Origin: Bacteroidota bacterium
GTDB lineage: Bacteria; Bacteroidota; Bacteroidia; SXHM01
Length of the DNA stretch: 64,000 nt
Assembly: GCA_947479755.1 (NCBI GenBank)
Contig: CANKAM010000008.1
Coordinates: forward strand, 37,880 to 101,879
Direction of reading: 5' to 3'
Shown: positions 1 through 10,154 of the stretch, in pieces
Layout of the letters: every line of letters begins with the position of its first letter
Position numbering within the stretch: the first letter of the stretch is position 1
Translations under genes and position numbers: made by a program
The notes under the pieces: generated by a model
Told to the model about the DNA's origin: nothing
Databases searched by the model: none
The model's input: the letters and a program-made list of their open reading frames with translations, nothing else

Positions 1-768
1 CTAATTAACTTTGGGCTTGCCGCACAATCTTTTACGTTTGATTTGAATGGAGAGCGCGGGTCAGGTTTCCGCCTGGCGGCAAGCTTTTCAGACTATTGGG
101 CAGGTTATCCGCATCAGCAGGAAGAGCTGCTGAACTTTATCGCCAGCAATAACATTAAAGATGTAATTTCCATCAGTGGTGACACACACCACAATGTTAT
201 GGATGACGGCACCAACTCAGGACTTCCCGAAATGAATGCAAGCGGACTGAGTGTTACCAATCTTCAATTGGCCTATTGGATTGACTATTATGGTCAGCAA
301 TTAGGACAACCGCACGTGAAGGATTCGCTTTGGAATGGCGGAGGTAACGGAGTGGAAAATATGAATTTTAACAATGCATTCGGAAAGATTGAAATCTTTG
401 AAGACGACTCGGTGCAGTTGTGTATTATTGATTATGAAGGAACCACCATTTCGTGCATGACCATTAAAAATTCTACCATTGCTTCGGTTGATGAAACAGC
501 AGGAGCTGCAAGTAAATTTGATATTCTTGTTTATCCAAATCCATCGGATAATCTTTTTACCATTAAGCTTCCTGAGAACTATTTACTAAGCGGAAAAGAG
601 AAGTGCCGCATTACGGACATCAACGGCAAGTTAGTTTCGGTTATTGATATGGAGAAAGAAAAAGGTGCTAATACCTTTAACATTTCAATGCAGTCATCAC
701 CCGGAATTTATCTCTTGGATTTTAATTCAGGGAAAAAGAAAGTGCAGAAGAAATTAATGGTGAAATAA
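1..768 (+). CDS. PhoD-like metallophosphatase, C-terminal part, with T9SS type-A C-terminal sorting domain (5' end lies outside the window)
   Basis: Frame 1 is open from base 1, so the track start at 43 is only an internal TTG. ISISGDTHHNVMDDG is a metallophosphatase-type motif. The last ~80 aa (VYPNPSDNLFTIKL...GIYLLDF...KKLMVK) fit the Por/T9SS CTD pattern. Confidence 0.6.
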   Translation, partial: LINFGLAAQSFTFDLNGERGSGFRLAASFSDYWAGYPHQQEELLNFIASNNIKDVISISGDTHHNVMDDGTNSGLPEMNASGLSVTNLQLAYWIDYYGQQLGQPHVKDSLWNGGGNGVENMNFNNAFGKIEIFEDDSVQLCIIDYEGTTISCMTIKNSTIASVDETAGAASKFDILVYPNPSDNLFTIKLPENYLLSGKEKCRITDINGKLVSVIDMEKEKGANTFNISMQSSPGIYLLDFNSGKKKVQKKLMVK

Positions 769-797
769 TTTTCTGATAATTAAAACAAACAGGTTGC

Positions 798-2654
798 ATG
801 ATCAGCATTTATAAATATGTGTTGCGCCTGCTGTTGTTCTGGCTCTGTGTTCTCTGTGTCAACCGCATTATCTTCCTTGTTACAACGCTTCATTTTGTTG
901 AAGGTGCATCGTATTCCGAAATAGCCTACTCATTGGTTTCCGGCCTTCGCCTCGACCTTTCAACCGTTTCGTATTTTGTAATTATTCCTTTTCTTTTTGC
1001 ATTTATTTACAGCATTACACAAGCTACGTTCTGGGTTAAACTGAGCCATGCAATCAGTTATTTCCTTATTGTAGCAAACAACCTTGTGAGCTTTGGCGAA
1101 ATAAGCCTGTATCAGGAATGGCACACGAAGGTTAATATACAAGCTTTACTGCACCTGCTGAACCCTGAAGAAGTGATTAAATATACTCCATGGGGATTGG
1201 TATTGCTTTTTCTTATTCCAATGGTATTGTTTACGTTTCTCTATATAAAAGCGTATCGGAAAGTTGTTAAACCTTTTCTTATTGCAACTAACACACCCGG
1301 AATAACTAAAAAGTTGGCGAGTACCCTGCTTTATCTTCCTTTAGCAGCTATGCTTTTTGTTTTTGTGCGAGGTGGTTTTCAGCGCTTTCCCCTTTCTGAG
1401 AGCGATGCTATTTATTCTAAACATCAGCCGCTGAATGATGCAGCAGTCAACTCAGTCCGCTACCTTACAAAAGATATTATTGAATACAATCATAACATGA
1501 ATTCAAATCCGCATCGCCATATGGATGGTGATAAAGCAAGGGCTATTCTCAAAGATATGTATTCCATTCCCCGCGATACCACTGAAATAATACTCACCAC
1601 ACTACGGCCAAACATTGTTATGATTGTGCTCGAAAGCTGGAGTGCAAATCTTTCTGCTGCTTTTGGCGGTGATGATTTTACTCCGTTCTTTGATAGTCTT
1701 GCCAATGAAGGTATAAAGTTTACTAATTTTTTTCCTGCGGGATATGTTTCTGATCAGGGCTTTCCTGCTATTCTCAGTTCTTATCCTTCTTCGTTTAAAA
1801 TCTCGGTTATCAATCAGCCTAAAAAAATCCCATCGCTGCCTTGCATTACCGATGATATTAAAAAGGCAGGCTACTACAATACTTTTGTTTATGCAGGAGA
1901 CCTGAACTTCGGCAATTTCAAGGCTTATGTTTATGACAAAGATTTTGATGCGGTGAAGCAGGAAATTGATTTTGATAAAGCTTTGCTGCGCGGCTCGCTG
2001 GGCATTCACGACCAGCCTATGGTTCCAGAAATTGCGGCCATATTGAATCAATCACCATCACCTTTTTTTGCTTGCTGGTATACGTTGAGCTCGCATGCGC
2101 CTTATGATTTTCCGCATCCGGAAAATACGCAGGGAGCCAGTGATTACGAACAATCGGTAAGCTATACGGATGATGCACTACGCATGTTTTTTAACAAGGT
2201 GAAAAATGAACCTTGGTATGATAACACCTTGTTTGTTCTGGTGGCAGACCACAGCCATGCAAGCCGTAAAAACTTTGATCTGGTGAATAAAGAATACCAC
2301 CGCATCCCTATGGCTTTTTTCGGCAACGCACTAAAACCCGAATGGAAAAAGAAGGAAATAAAATATGCCTTTTCGCACTTGGATATTACGCCCACACTTT
2401 TAAAGCAATTAGGTTTAAATGCTGAACATTACACCTGGGGAAAAGATATGTTTAACCCCACCGTTCCGCACTTTGCATATTACTGTTATTACTACGGTGC
2501 TGGCATGGTTACCGACAGCTGCTATGTAAGTCTCCATCGCGAACTGGACGACCCGCTTGACTATAAAGGAAAAACACCCGAAGAAATAGCAAAACTGACG
2601 GAACAGTTAAAAGCCTTTCAGCAGGTTTTTTATGATGATTTTTTGGCGCGGTAA
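798..2654 (+). CDS. LTA-synthase/sulfatase-family membrane phosphotransferase (alkaline phosphatase superfamily)
   Basis: Several N-terminal hydrophobic helices are followed by a sulfatase-type domain (IVMIVLESWSA, LVADHSHA). The 618-aa length is typical of LtaS/MdoB-like enzymes. Confidence 0.75.
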   Translation: MISIYKYVLRLLLFWLCVLCVNRIIFLVTTLHFVEGASYSEIAYSLVSGLRLDLSTVSYFVIIPFLFAFIYSITQATFWVKLSHAISYFLIVANNLVSFGEISLYQEWHTKVNIQALLHLLNPEEVIKYTPWGLVLLFLIPMVLFTFLYIKAYRKVVKPFLIATNTPGITKKLASTLLYLPLAAMLFVFVRGGFQRFPLSESDAIYSKHQPLNDAAVNSVRYLTKDIIEYNHNMNSNPHRHMDGDKARAILKDMYSIPRDTTEIILTTLRPNIVMIVLESWSANLSAAFGGDDFTPFFDSLANEGIKFTNFFPAGYVSDQGFPAILSSYPSSFKISVINQPKKIPSLPCITDDIKKAGYYNTFVYAGDLNFGNFKAYVYDKDFDAVKQEIDFDKALLRGSLGIHDQPMVPEIAAILNQSPSPFFACWYTLSSHAPYDFPHPENTQGASDYEQSVSYTDDALRMFFNKVKNEPWYDNTLFVLVADHSHASRKNFDLVNKEYHRIPMAFFGNALKPEWKKKEIKYAFSHLDITPTLLKQLGLNAEHYTWGKDMFNPTVPHFAYYCYYYGAGMVTDSCYVSLHRELDDPLDYKGKTPEEIAKLTEQLKAFQQVFYDDFLAR

Positions 2655-2655
2655 A

Positions 2656-3231
2656 TTAGCGTGATTTTAGAAACTCCACCAATTTCTCCACCGCCCTTGC
2701 CCGATGCGAAATTCGGTTTTTCTCTTCCAGAGTCATCTCCGCAAAAGTCTTTTCAAAGCCTGAAGGTTTAAAAATGGGGTCGTAACCAAAGCCATCCGTG
2801 CCATGCACTTCGCCTGTTATCTCACCATCCACCACGCCTTCAAAAAAATATTCCTTCTCCTCCAGCATAAGCGATATAACAGTGCGGAACTTTGCTGCGC
2901 GGTTGTCCTTGCCCTGCATTTCGTGCAGGAGCTTATTTACATTGTCAGCAAACGAACATTTTTCACCGGCATAGCGGGCGGAATACACACCGGGAGCGCC
3001 ATTCAGGGCTTCCACTTCTAAGCCTGTATCGTCTGCAAAGCAGTTAAGGTCGGTCAGCTCAAACACAAAGCGCGATTTAATAGACGCATTGCCCTCCAGC
3101 GTATCAGCCGTTTCGGGAATGTCTTCGTTTATGCCTGCATCGGCAAGCGTTACCAGGTTAATGCTGGCGGGAAGCAGCTTCTGCACTTCCTGCAATTTGT
3201 GTTTATTGTTGGTGGCAAAGATGAGTGTCAT
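2656..3231 (-). CDS. rdgB: dITP/XTP pyrophosphatase (RdgB/HAM1 family)
   Basis: [20 protein letters not shown] is a canonical RdgB N-terminus, and GFGYDPIF and SHRA motifs are present. I start at the internal ATG (3231) because the 25-codon extension to 3306 is encoded by an interspersed repeat. Confidence 0.85.
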   Translation of the reverse strand: MTLIFATNNKHKLQEVQKLLPASINLVTLADAGINEDIPETADTLEGNASIKSRFVFELTDLNCFADDTGLEVEALNGAPGVYSARYAGEKCSFADNVNKLLHEMQGKDNRAAKFRTVISLMLEEKEYFFEGVVDGEITGEVHGTDGFGYDPIFKPSGFEKTFAEMTLEEKNRISHRARAVEKLVEFLKSR

Positions 3232-3242
3232 AGTTTGAATAA

Positions 3243-3320
3243 CGTCATGCTGAACTTGTTTCAGCATCTTAACAGAAAGGATACTTACAGCAAGATCCCG
3301 AAACAAGTTCGGGATGACGG
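3243..3320. repeat. Interspersed double-hairpin palindromic element, family A (copy 1 of 3)
   Basis: The sequence is CGTCATGCTGAACTTGTTTCAGCATC ... CCCGAAACAAGTTCGGGATGACGG. The arms are mutual inverted repeats and each arm is itself a hairpin. Near-identical copies lie at 46690-46751 and 62724-62788. Confidence 0.85.
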
Positions 3321-3349
3321 TAAAAATTATATTTTTCGCAATATTACCC

Positions 3350-3357
3350 TAAATTTG
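3350..3357 (+). promoter_or_regulatory. Candidate Bacteroidota sigma-A -7 box (TAnnTTTG) for gmd operon
   Basis: TAAATTTG ends 20 nt before the gmd ATG. The same spacing recurs at several other genes in the window. Confidence 0.4.
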
Positions 3358-3377
3358 CCACCTTATAAAAACAACAG

Positions 3378-4490
3378 ATGAAGAAAGCACTGATAACAGG
3401 CGTAACAGGACAGGACGGAGCCTATCTCTCCGAATTTTTATTGAATAAAGGCTACGAAGTTCACGGAATAAAAAGAAGAAGTTCGCTCTTCAATACCGAC
3501 CGTATTGACCATATCTACGAAGACCCGCACCAGAAAGGCGCACGCTTTAAACTGCACTATGGAGATCTGAGCGATTCAAGCAATATTATCCGCATCATTC
3601 AGGAAGTAAAACCTGATGAAATTTATAATCTGGGAGCTATGTCGCATGTGAAGGTGAGCTTTGAATCACCGGAATATACTGCCGATGTAGATGGACTGGG
3701 CGCATTGCGCGTGCTGGAAGCTGTCCGCTTATTGGGTCTGGAAAAAACAACACGCATTTATCAGGCTTCTACTTCGGAATTGTATGGTCTGGTGCAGGAA
3801 GTTCCGCAAAGCGAAACAACACCTTTTTACCCGCGCTCGCCTTACGGTGTTGCCAAATTATACGGCTACTGGATAACCGTAAATTACCGCGAGGCCTATG
3901 GTATGTTTGCAGCTAACGGCATCTTGTTCAATCACGAAAGTCCTATAAGAGGGGAAACATTTGTATCGCGCAAAATTACAAGAGCTGTATCGCGCATTGC
4001 ATTGGGCCTGCAGGAAAAATTGTATATCGGAAACCTGGATGCCAAACGTGATTGGGGACATGCCAAAGATTATGTAGAAGCCATGTGGCTGATGATGCAG
4101 CAGGATGTTGCCGAAGACTTTGTTATTGCAACGGGAGTAACTACTATGGTTCGCGATTTTATAACATTGGCGTTCCGCCATGTGGGCATTGAAATTGAAT
4201 ATAAAGGCGAAGGAGTAAAAGAAACAGCTACAGTTGTTTCATCTTCTAATCCCGATTATTATGTGAAGCCGGGAACAGAGGTGTTGGCGGTGGATGAAAA
4301 ATATTTCCGTCCTTCGGAAGTGGAATTATTAATTGGTAACCCAACAAAGGCAAATACAAAACTCGGCTGGAAACCCAAACACGATTTACACTCGTTGATT
4401 AATGATATGATGGAGTCGGATTTGGAAGTAATGCGCAAGGAAAAAAGCCTTTCAGACAGCGGCTACAAGGTGAAGAACTATTACGAATAA
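3378..4490 (+). CDS. gmd: GDP-mannose 4,6-dehydratase
   Basis: [22 protein letters not shown]... and the 370-aa length are near-canonical for Gmd throughout, and fcl follows immediately. Confidence 0.95.
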   Translation: MKKALITGVTGQDGAYLSEFLLNKGYEVHGIKRRSSLFNTDRIDHIYEDPHQKGARFKLHYGDLSDSSNIIRIIQEVKPDEIYNLGAMSHVKVSFESPEYTADVDGLGALRVLEAVRLLGLEKTTRIYQASTSELYGLVQEVPQSETTPFYPRSPYGVAKLYGYWITVNYREAYGMFAANGILFNHESPIRGETFVSRKITRAVSRIALGLQEKLYIGNLDAKRDWGHAKDYVEAMWLMMQQDVAEDFVIATGVTTMVRDFITLAFRHVGIEIEYKGEGVKETATVVSSSNPDYYVKPGTEVLAVDEKYFRPSEVELLIGNPTKANTKLGWKPKHDLHSLINDMMESDLEVMRKEKSLSDSGYKVKNYYE

Positions 4491-4517
4491 ACTTAACGGA
4501 AAATCAGCTTAAATAAA

Positions 4518-4543
4518 CTTTGCGCTCTTTGCGCCTTTGCGAG
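4518..4543 (+). repeat. Cluster of three CTTTGCG heptamers (short interspersed motif, family D)
   Basis: CTTTGCGCTCTTTGCGCCTTTGCGAG lies 10 nt upstream of the fcl start. A four-copy cluster of the same heptamer lies at 57270-57310. Confidence 0.6.
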
Positions 4544-4552
4544 AAATAAAAC

Positions 4553-5503
4553 TTGAGAAAAGAAGGAAAAATATACATAGCTGGCCACCGCGGAATGGTA
4601 GGCTCTGCTATTCACAGAAAACTGAAAGCAGAAGGTTTCTCCAACTTTGTGTTTCGTACATCTGCTGAATTAGATTTGCGCAATCAGCAAGCGGTAAATG
4701 ATTTTTTTGCGGCAGAAAAACCGGACTATGTTTTTCTTGCTGCTGCCAAAGTTGGCGGCATTCAGGCCAACAATGTTTATCGTGCTGATTTTATTTACGA
4801 GAACCTGATGATTGAATGCAATGTCATTCATGCAGCTTACGCAAATAAAACGGAGAAGCTGATGTTTCTGGGCTCTTCCTGCATCTACCCGAAACTTGCA
4901 CCACAACCACTGAAAGAAGATTACCTGCTCACAGGCTTGCTGGAACAAACCAACGAGCCTTATGCCATCGCTAAAATTGCAGGAATAAAATTATGTGACT
5001 CGTATCGCAAGCAATACGGATGCAATTTCATTTCGGTAATGCCAACCAATCTGTATGGGCCGAATGATAATTATGATTTAGAAAAATCGCATGTGCTTCC
5101 GGCATTGATTCGCAAATTTCATGAAGCAAAAGTGGCAGGAAAAAGTGAAGTTGAAATATGGGGAAGCGGTACACCTTTACGTGAATTTTTGCATGTGGAT
5201 GATTTGGCCGATGCCTGCTATTACCTGATGCAGAACTACAATGAAGAAGGCCTTGTTAACATTGGTACAGGTAGCGACCTTTCTATTAAAGACCTTGCCC
5301 TGTTGGTGAAAAAGATTGTAGGCTTTAACGGTGAGTTGAAATTTAACGCATCAAAACCCGATGGCACACCCCGCAAGCTGATGGACGTAAGCAAACTTCA
5401 CTCCTTCGGTTGGAAACATAAGATAGATCTGGAACAGGGGATAACCATGGTTTACAGCGATCCTCAAACCGTTAGCAAGTTTCAAAAAGTAACTGTAGCC
5501 TGA
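4553..5503 (+). CDS. fcl: GDP-L-fucose synthase (GDP-4-keto-6-deoxymannose 3,5-epimerase/4-reductase)
   Basis: [15 protein letters not shown] matches the N-terminus of E. coli Fcl. An SDR fold with YAIAKIAG is present. It uses a TTG start and is adjacent to gmd. Confidence 0.9.
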   Translation: MRKEGKIYIAGHRGMVGSAIHRKLKAEGFSNFVFRTSAELDLRNQQAVNDFFAAEKPDYVFLAAAKVGGIQANNVYRADFIYENLMIECNVIHAAYANKTEKLMFLGSSCIYPKLAPQPLKEDYLLTGLLEQTNEPYAIAKIAGIKLCDSYRKQYGCNFISVMPTNLYGPNDNYDLEKSHVLPALIRKFHEAKVAGKSEVEIWGSGTPLREFLHVDDLADACYYLMQNYNEEGLVNIGTGSDLSIKDLALLVKKIVGFNGELKFNASKPDGTPRKLMDVSKLHSFGWKHKIDLEQGITMVYSDPQTVSKFQKVTVA

Positions 5504-5510
5504 TAACCGG

Positions 5511-7157
5511 ATGAAGAGCCGGTTGACACAAAAAGCACTTTTTTACCTTCTTCTTTCTGTCCTGCTGATATTGGTTTATCCGCTCGACCTTTATTTCCCC
5601 ACCGGCAACCAGTGCATCTATTTTTTCTGGGGAATAAAGAACAGCGGTTTCGGCTTTCTTGAACACGATTTTCTTGCCACGCAGGCCGACCCTTTTCCTT
5701 TGTTTTCGTGGCTGGTGCAGTATTCATACAGTTTCTTTGGTTTCAATAGTTTCTTGTTTTGGTATTGGTTGCTTAATCTGGTTTATGTTATTGCTGTTTT
5801 TGAAATTGCAGAAGAAGTAAGCAAACAGCTTTCGCTAAAGTTGAATAAACTGTTGTTTACAACACTTTTCCTTTTTGCTAATTCTACATTCATCTGGGGC
5901 TTCTTCTTTTCCCGTTTCTTCAACATTGATTTACGCTGGGCGTGGGACTCCGGGTTTGCAGAACAGGGAATTCTGAGGGGTTATTTTCAGCCTTCAGTTT
6001 TCGGGGGTTTTATTTTGTTGTCGGTTGCCCTGTTTGCGAAAAGAAGATTTGTCCTGGCATTTGTTTCGGCAGCAATTGCAGCTTGTTTTCACGCAAATTA
6101 TCTGCTCGTCAGTGCGGTATTCATAAGCGTTTATCTTTTGTTTTTAGTAAAAGAAAAGAACTACAAAACAGCAATCATTGGCGGTGTTGTTTCGCTAGCG
6201 ATTGTCCTTCCTTATCTGCTTTATGTTCTCAAAAATTTCGGAGCATCTTCTCCTGAAACTGTAGAATATATCCGCAATATTATCAAAGGCCATATTCACT
6301 TTGATTACAAGGTGTGGATGAATGCGGAGGCGTTTTTGCAAATGACTTTAATTGTCTTTGCGATGTGGCCGGTCAGAAAAACTGCTTTGTTTTTCCCATT
6401 GTTAATTGGCTTATTGGTACTTGTTTTACTTACCTTAATCACGTATGCTTCAGGTAGCATTTTTCTGTTGAACTTAACTCCCTGGAGAATATCGGTGGTG
6501 CTTGTTCCGGTTGCGGTTGCAGTTGTTGTTGCACACCTTTCATCAATCACAAATGTTAAGCTTGGAAGTCTGATTATTTCCATTGTTCTTACAGCAACGC
6601 TCTCAGCTTTATACTTCCGCATTTTCGGGAATAACTCAAGTGATTTTATCTTGAAATGGAGAATTCTAACGCTTATTGTTTTTATTTCAACGCTTGGCTT
6701 TTTGTTTCTTTTAGAGAAGTATTTGCCTAACCTGAATTTTATAAGTATTACTCCTTTAGCTGCACTGTTTCTTATTGTTTGTCTTGGTTTGTCAGGAATT
6801 CTGCTTCATAAAAACGATACTGAAAACGAGAAGGAATTAATGACTTTCGTCCGAAAGAATAGTTCGGAGAAGCAGCACTATTTTATACCACCAGAAATGA
6901 CGGATTTCAGGCTTTCAACAGGTGTTCCTGTGTTTGTTGACAGTACTATCTATCACAGCAATGCATTGCCTGAATGGGATAAACGGATAAAAATTGCCAA
7001 TCGTTTTTTTGCTGCAAGCGATACTGTTTTGTTAGATTCATTGGTCAGAAATTGCGGTATTACCCATATCATTGCAAAAGAGGATTTTGATTTTAATGAG
7101 AGTAACGAAGTTTACCGTAACAAGCGATACGCTATTTTTGAAGTAAGTGAACAGTAA
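5511..7157 (+). CDS. Polytopic membrane protein of unknown function with C-terminal soluble domain (possibly GT-C-like glycan-modifying enzyme)
   Basis: There are about 12 predicted hydrophobic helices followed by a ~100-aa hydrophilic tail. It sits between fcl and wzm. I recognise no diagnostic motif. Confidence 0.45.
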   Translation: MKSRLTQKALFYLLLSVLLILVYPLDLYFPTGNQCIYFFWGIKNSGFGFLEHDFLATQADPFPLFSWLVQYSYSFFGFNSFLFWYWLLNLVYVIAVFEIAEEVSKQLSLKLNKLLFTTLFLFANSTFIWGFFFSRFFNIDLRWAWDSGFAEQGILRGYFQPSVFGGFILLSVALFAKRRFVLAFVSAAIAACFHANYLLVSAVFISVYLLFLVKEKNYKTAIIGGVVSLAIVLPYLLYVLKNFGASSPETVEYIRNIIKGHIHFDYKVWMNAEAFLQMTLIVFAMWPVRKTALFFPLLIGLLVLVLLTLITYASGSIFLLNLTPWRISVVLVPVAVAVVVAHLSSITNVKLGSLIISIVLTATLSALYFRIFGNNSSDFILKWRILTLIVFISTLGFLFLLEKYLPNLNFISITPLAALFLIVCLGLSGILLHKNDTENEKELMTFVRKNSSEKQHYFIPPEMTDFRLSTGVPVFVDSTIYHSNALPEWDKRIKIANRFFAASDTVLLDSLVRNCGITHIIAKEDFDFNESNEVYRNKRYAIFEVSEQ

Positions 7158-7980
7158 GGATAACACATTTGTAATTGACGCGAACAGCAGAACACCGCTT
7201 AATCTGAAAGAGATTTGGGAGTTTCGTGAGTTGCTTTACTTTTTTGCATGGCGTGATATTAAGGTAAAGTACAAGCAGACCTTTTTAGGCGTTACCTGGG
7301 CTTTTATTCAGCCTTTTCTGATGATGCTGGTGTTGAATATTTTTTTCGGACAGATGTTGCATTTCCCTTCAGAGACTTTGCCTTATTCGGTTTTTGCTTT
7401 TACAGGTCTAATCATCTGGAATATTTTTTCAAGCGGCACCATCAATTCGAGTAACAGCATGTTGACAAATGCGGTGATTATAAAAAAGAATTATTTCCCG
7501 CGTATTATACTTCCGCTTGCAGCTGTTATTGTTTCTCTTTTTGATTTTATGGTTTCGTTCATTCTGTTCGGTGGCTTACTCATCTGGTTCAGAGTATTGC
7601 CGGACTTCTTCCGGTTTATTGCATTCTTTCCGCTTGCTGTGATAATTGCATTGATTACAACAATCGGTACAGGAGTAATAATCGGTGCCATGAGCATCCG
7701 TTTCCGCGACTTCAGAATTGTAATGCCTTTTCTTATTCAACTTTTACTTTTCATCACTCCGGTTATTTATCCCATTTCGGCAATCTCTAATAAAACATTG
7801 TATTATGTGCTTGCATTAAATCCCATGGCCGGTGCTATAAGTCTTGCACGCGCAGCGCTTACGTATAATCCTGTTGACTGGACGATAATTGCAATTAGCG
7901 GTGGAATGGCAGTTTTTATTTTCATTCTTGGATTGCTTGTATTTAAAAAGAACGAAACACTGATTTCAGATTTAGCATAA
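7147..7980 (+). CDS. wzm: ABC-2 type polysaccharide exporter permease (Wzm), set 1
   Basis: LNLKEIWEFRELLYFFAWRDIKVKYKQTFLGVTWAFIQP is the typical Wzm/ABC-2 signature, with six hydrophobic segments. A GTG start overlaps the upstream gene by 11 nt. Confidence 0.8.
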   Translation: MNSKDNTFVIDANSRTPLNLKEIWEFRELLYFFAWRDIKVKYKQTFLGVTWAFIQPFLMMLVLNIFFGQMLHFPSETLPYSVFAFTGLIIWNIFSSGTINSSNSMLTNAVIIKKNYFPRIILPLAAVIVSLFDFMVSFILFGGLLIWFRVLPDFFRFIAFFPLAVIIALITTIGTGVIIGAMSIRFRDFRIVMPFLIQLLLFITPVIYPISAISNKTLYYVLALNPMAGAISLARAALTYNPVDWTIIAISGGMAVFIFILGLLVFKKNETLISDLA

Positions 7981-7985
7981 GCGCG

Positions 7986-9200
7986 ATGAAAACCATTCTG
8001 GAAGTAAATAATGTTTCAAAAAAATATTCGCTGAGCGGAATTAATCCTGCTTACCAGACATTGAGCGGTTCAATGACAAATTTTTTCAGAGGAGGAAAAA
8101 GTAATGAACGTGAATTCTGGGCATTGAATGATGTCAGTTTTGAGGTAAAAGAAGGCGATACGCTCGGCATCATAGGCAGAAATGGTGCAGGTAAAACAAC
8201 TTTGTTAAAAATCATTTCACGCATTACGTCACCCACAAGTGGAAGAATAACAGGCAAAGGAAAAGTAACCAGTTTGCTGGAAGTAGGAACCGGATTTCAT
8301 CTTGAACTAACTGGAAGAGAGAATATTTACATGAACGGCTCTATCCTTGGTTTGAAGAAGAAAGAAATAGACGCTAAACTGGAAGAGATAGTTGAGTTCT
8401 CGGGAGTTGAAGAGTTTATTGATAACCCGCTGAAATTTTACTCCAGCGGTATGCAGTTACGACTTGCATTTTCTATAGGTGCACACCTTGAGCCGGAGAT
8501 ATTGGCCATAGATGAAGTACTGGCTGTAGGCGATTCACTCTTTCAACAGAAGTGTATTGAAAAGATGACTTCCATTGTGAAAAGTGGAAGAACCATACTC
8601 TTTGTTTCGCACAATATGCAGGCTTTAAAAACTATCTGCAACAAAGCAATAGTTCTGGATGCAGGCAAAAAAGTATTTGACGGTACAGCAGAAGCTGCCG
8701 TTGATTTTTATAATACCGAACATCGTTTACAGGGACAGACTATCAACCTGCTTGACTTACCCAGAGGAAAATATGCAGGCGAACTAATTTTCAGAGAACT
8801 GAGATTTGCTACACCTGCATTTCAATACGGAGAAGATATTGCGTTTACTGTTTTACTGAAAACAGTAAACCCATCAGCAAGAAAAGACAATGTTATTTTC
8901 GGTGCCAATGTTGTTGACCGTTTTGGAAATAATATTTATCACATCAGTAATATCCTCACTAATCAACCATTTACTCATAATTCAGATAATGATGAATACC
9001 GGTTCTCAATAAAAAACAATCTTCGCCCCGGTCAATACAGGCTTACACTTTGCCTTACGGTTAATGATGTGGTGCAGGATTTTTTTACTGAATTAATTAA
9101 TTTTACCGTTGAAGAAGGAAACCCTTACGGATTCTCTAAAACAGAGTTTATTCAAGGATTGGTTTTTCCGGGGTTTGAGATAAAGCAAATTATAGACTAA
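7986..9200 (+). CDS. wzt: Polysaccharide ABC exporter ATP-binding protein (Wzt) with C-terminal glycan-binding extension, set 1
   Basis: It has Walker A GRNGAGKTTL, the signature YSSGMQLRLAF, and Walker B ILAIDEVL. A ~160-aa extra C-terminal domain resembles that of Wzt proteins that recognise capped glycans. Confidence 0.85.
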   Translation: MKTILEVNNVSKKYSLSGINPAYQTLSGSMTNFFRGGKSNEREFWALNDVSFEVKEGDTLGIIGRNGAGKTTLLKIISRITSPTSGRITGKGKVTSLLEVGTGFHLELTGRENIYMNGSILGLKKKEIDAKLEEIVEFSGVEEFIDNPLKFYSSGMQLRLAFSIGAHLEPEILAIDEVLAVGDSLFQQKCIEKMTSIVKSGRTILFVSHNMQALKTICNKAIVLDAGKKVFDGTAEAAVDFYNTEHRLQGQTINLLDLPRGKYAGELIFRELRFATPAFQYGEDIAFTVLLKTVNPSARKDNVIFGANVVDRFGNNIYHISNILTNQPFTHNSDNDEYRFSIKNNLRPGQYRLTLCLTVNDVVQDFFTELINFTVEEGNPYGFSKTEFIQGLVFPGFEIKQIID

Positions 9201-9212
9201 CTATTTATAAAT

Positions 9213-10154
9213 ATGAAAAACGAAAATTCTTTTTTTGATTCTCAACGCTCTCACATGGATAATGAAGCCTTATTGACAGAAAGTGCAGAACGACATAAAA
9301 GTTGGTTTGATGAAACTACCGTTGATTTTTGGAGACATAAGCGGATGTACGATACAGTAACGCCTTTAGCTAAGTTTTATCAGGATAAGAATTGGCTAAC
9401 AGTTGGGGATGGTAGATACGGTCTTGATGCAGTCAGACTAAAGCAATCGTTTTCATTGAAAAATGTTTTGCCCACGGATATTAGTTCTAATATGTTGCAA
9501 ATTGGTAAAGAAAAAGGCTTGTTTGAAAACTTTTCAATTGAAAATGCCGAAAAGCTTTCATTTGCTGATAACTCTTTTGATGTTGTTTTTTGTAAAGAGG
9601 CATTCCATCATTTTCCAAGGCCAATTATAGCATTGTATGAAATGATACGTGTCTGTAAAACAGCAGTAGTATTAATTGAACCACCAGATTATCCTTCGTA
9701 TAGTATTAACACAAAAGAGTATTTATTTTCATTTTACAAAGTACTCTTGTCAAGGTTTGTCAAGACAATTAAAATTCCAAGAGTTGTTGAGATAAATCCT
9801 TTAGATTATGAATTTGAGGAAAGTGGTAATTATATATATTCTGTCTCTACAAGAGAGATGGAAAAAATTGTTCAGGGATTAGATTTAGGAGGCGTTGCCT
9901 GGAAAATGTTTAATGACCGTTATGAAGAGGGGTGTGAGTTTGAAAAAGCTGTTGATGGCAATCCAATGTTTGAACGAATTAAGAAATATATTTCTGAAAG
10001 AGATGAAAATTGTAAAGCAAATCCTAATTTCTATAGATATGGGACGGGCACTTTTGTGATTTTTAAAAATGAGGTTGATAAAATTTTAAAAAATGAGATG
10101 GAGAAGTTCGGATATACTTTTCCGAAAAAATTAATTAATCCATATATAAAATAA
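9213..10154 (+). CDS. Class I SAM-dependent methyltransferase
   Basis: LTVGDGRYGLDA (motif I-like) and VVFCKEAFHHFPRP fit a type-11 methyltransferase pattern. Confidence 0.65.
   Translation: MKNENSFFDSQRSHMDNEALLTESAERHKSWFDETTVDFWRHKRMYDTVTPLAKFYQDKNWLTVGDGRYGLDAVRLKQSFSLKNVLPTDISSNMLQIGKEKGLFENFSIENAEKLSFADNSFDVVFCKEAFHHFPRPIIALYEMIRVCKTAVVLIEPPDYPSYSINTKEYLFSFYKVLLSRFVKTIKIPRVVEINPLDYEFEESGNYIYSVSTREMEKIVQGLDLGGVAWKMFNDRYEEGCEFEKAVDGNPMFERIKKYISERDENCKANPNFYRYGTGTFVIFKNEVDKILKNEMEKFGYTFPKKLINPYIK

Noticed and set aside
1490-2395. Minus-strand ORFs of 71, 149 and 77 aa
   Set aside because: They are antisense within the sulfatase-family gene and have no motifs.
3232-3306. A 25-codon N-terminal extension of rdgB ([25 protein letters not shown])
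   Set aside because: The extension is encoded by the family A palindromic repeat. The canonical RdgB N-terminus ([12 protein letters not shown]) begins at the internal ATG.
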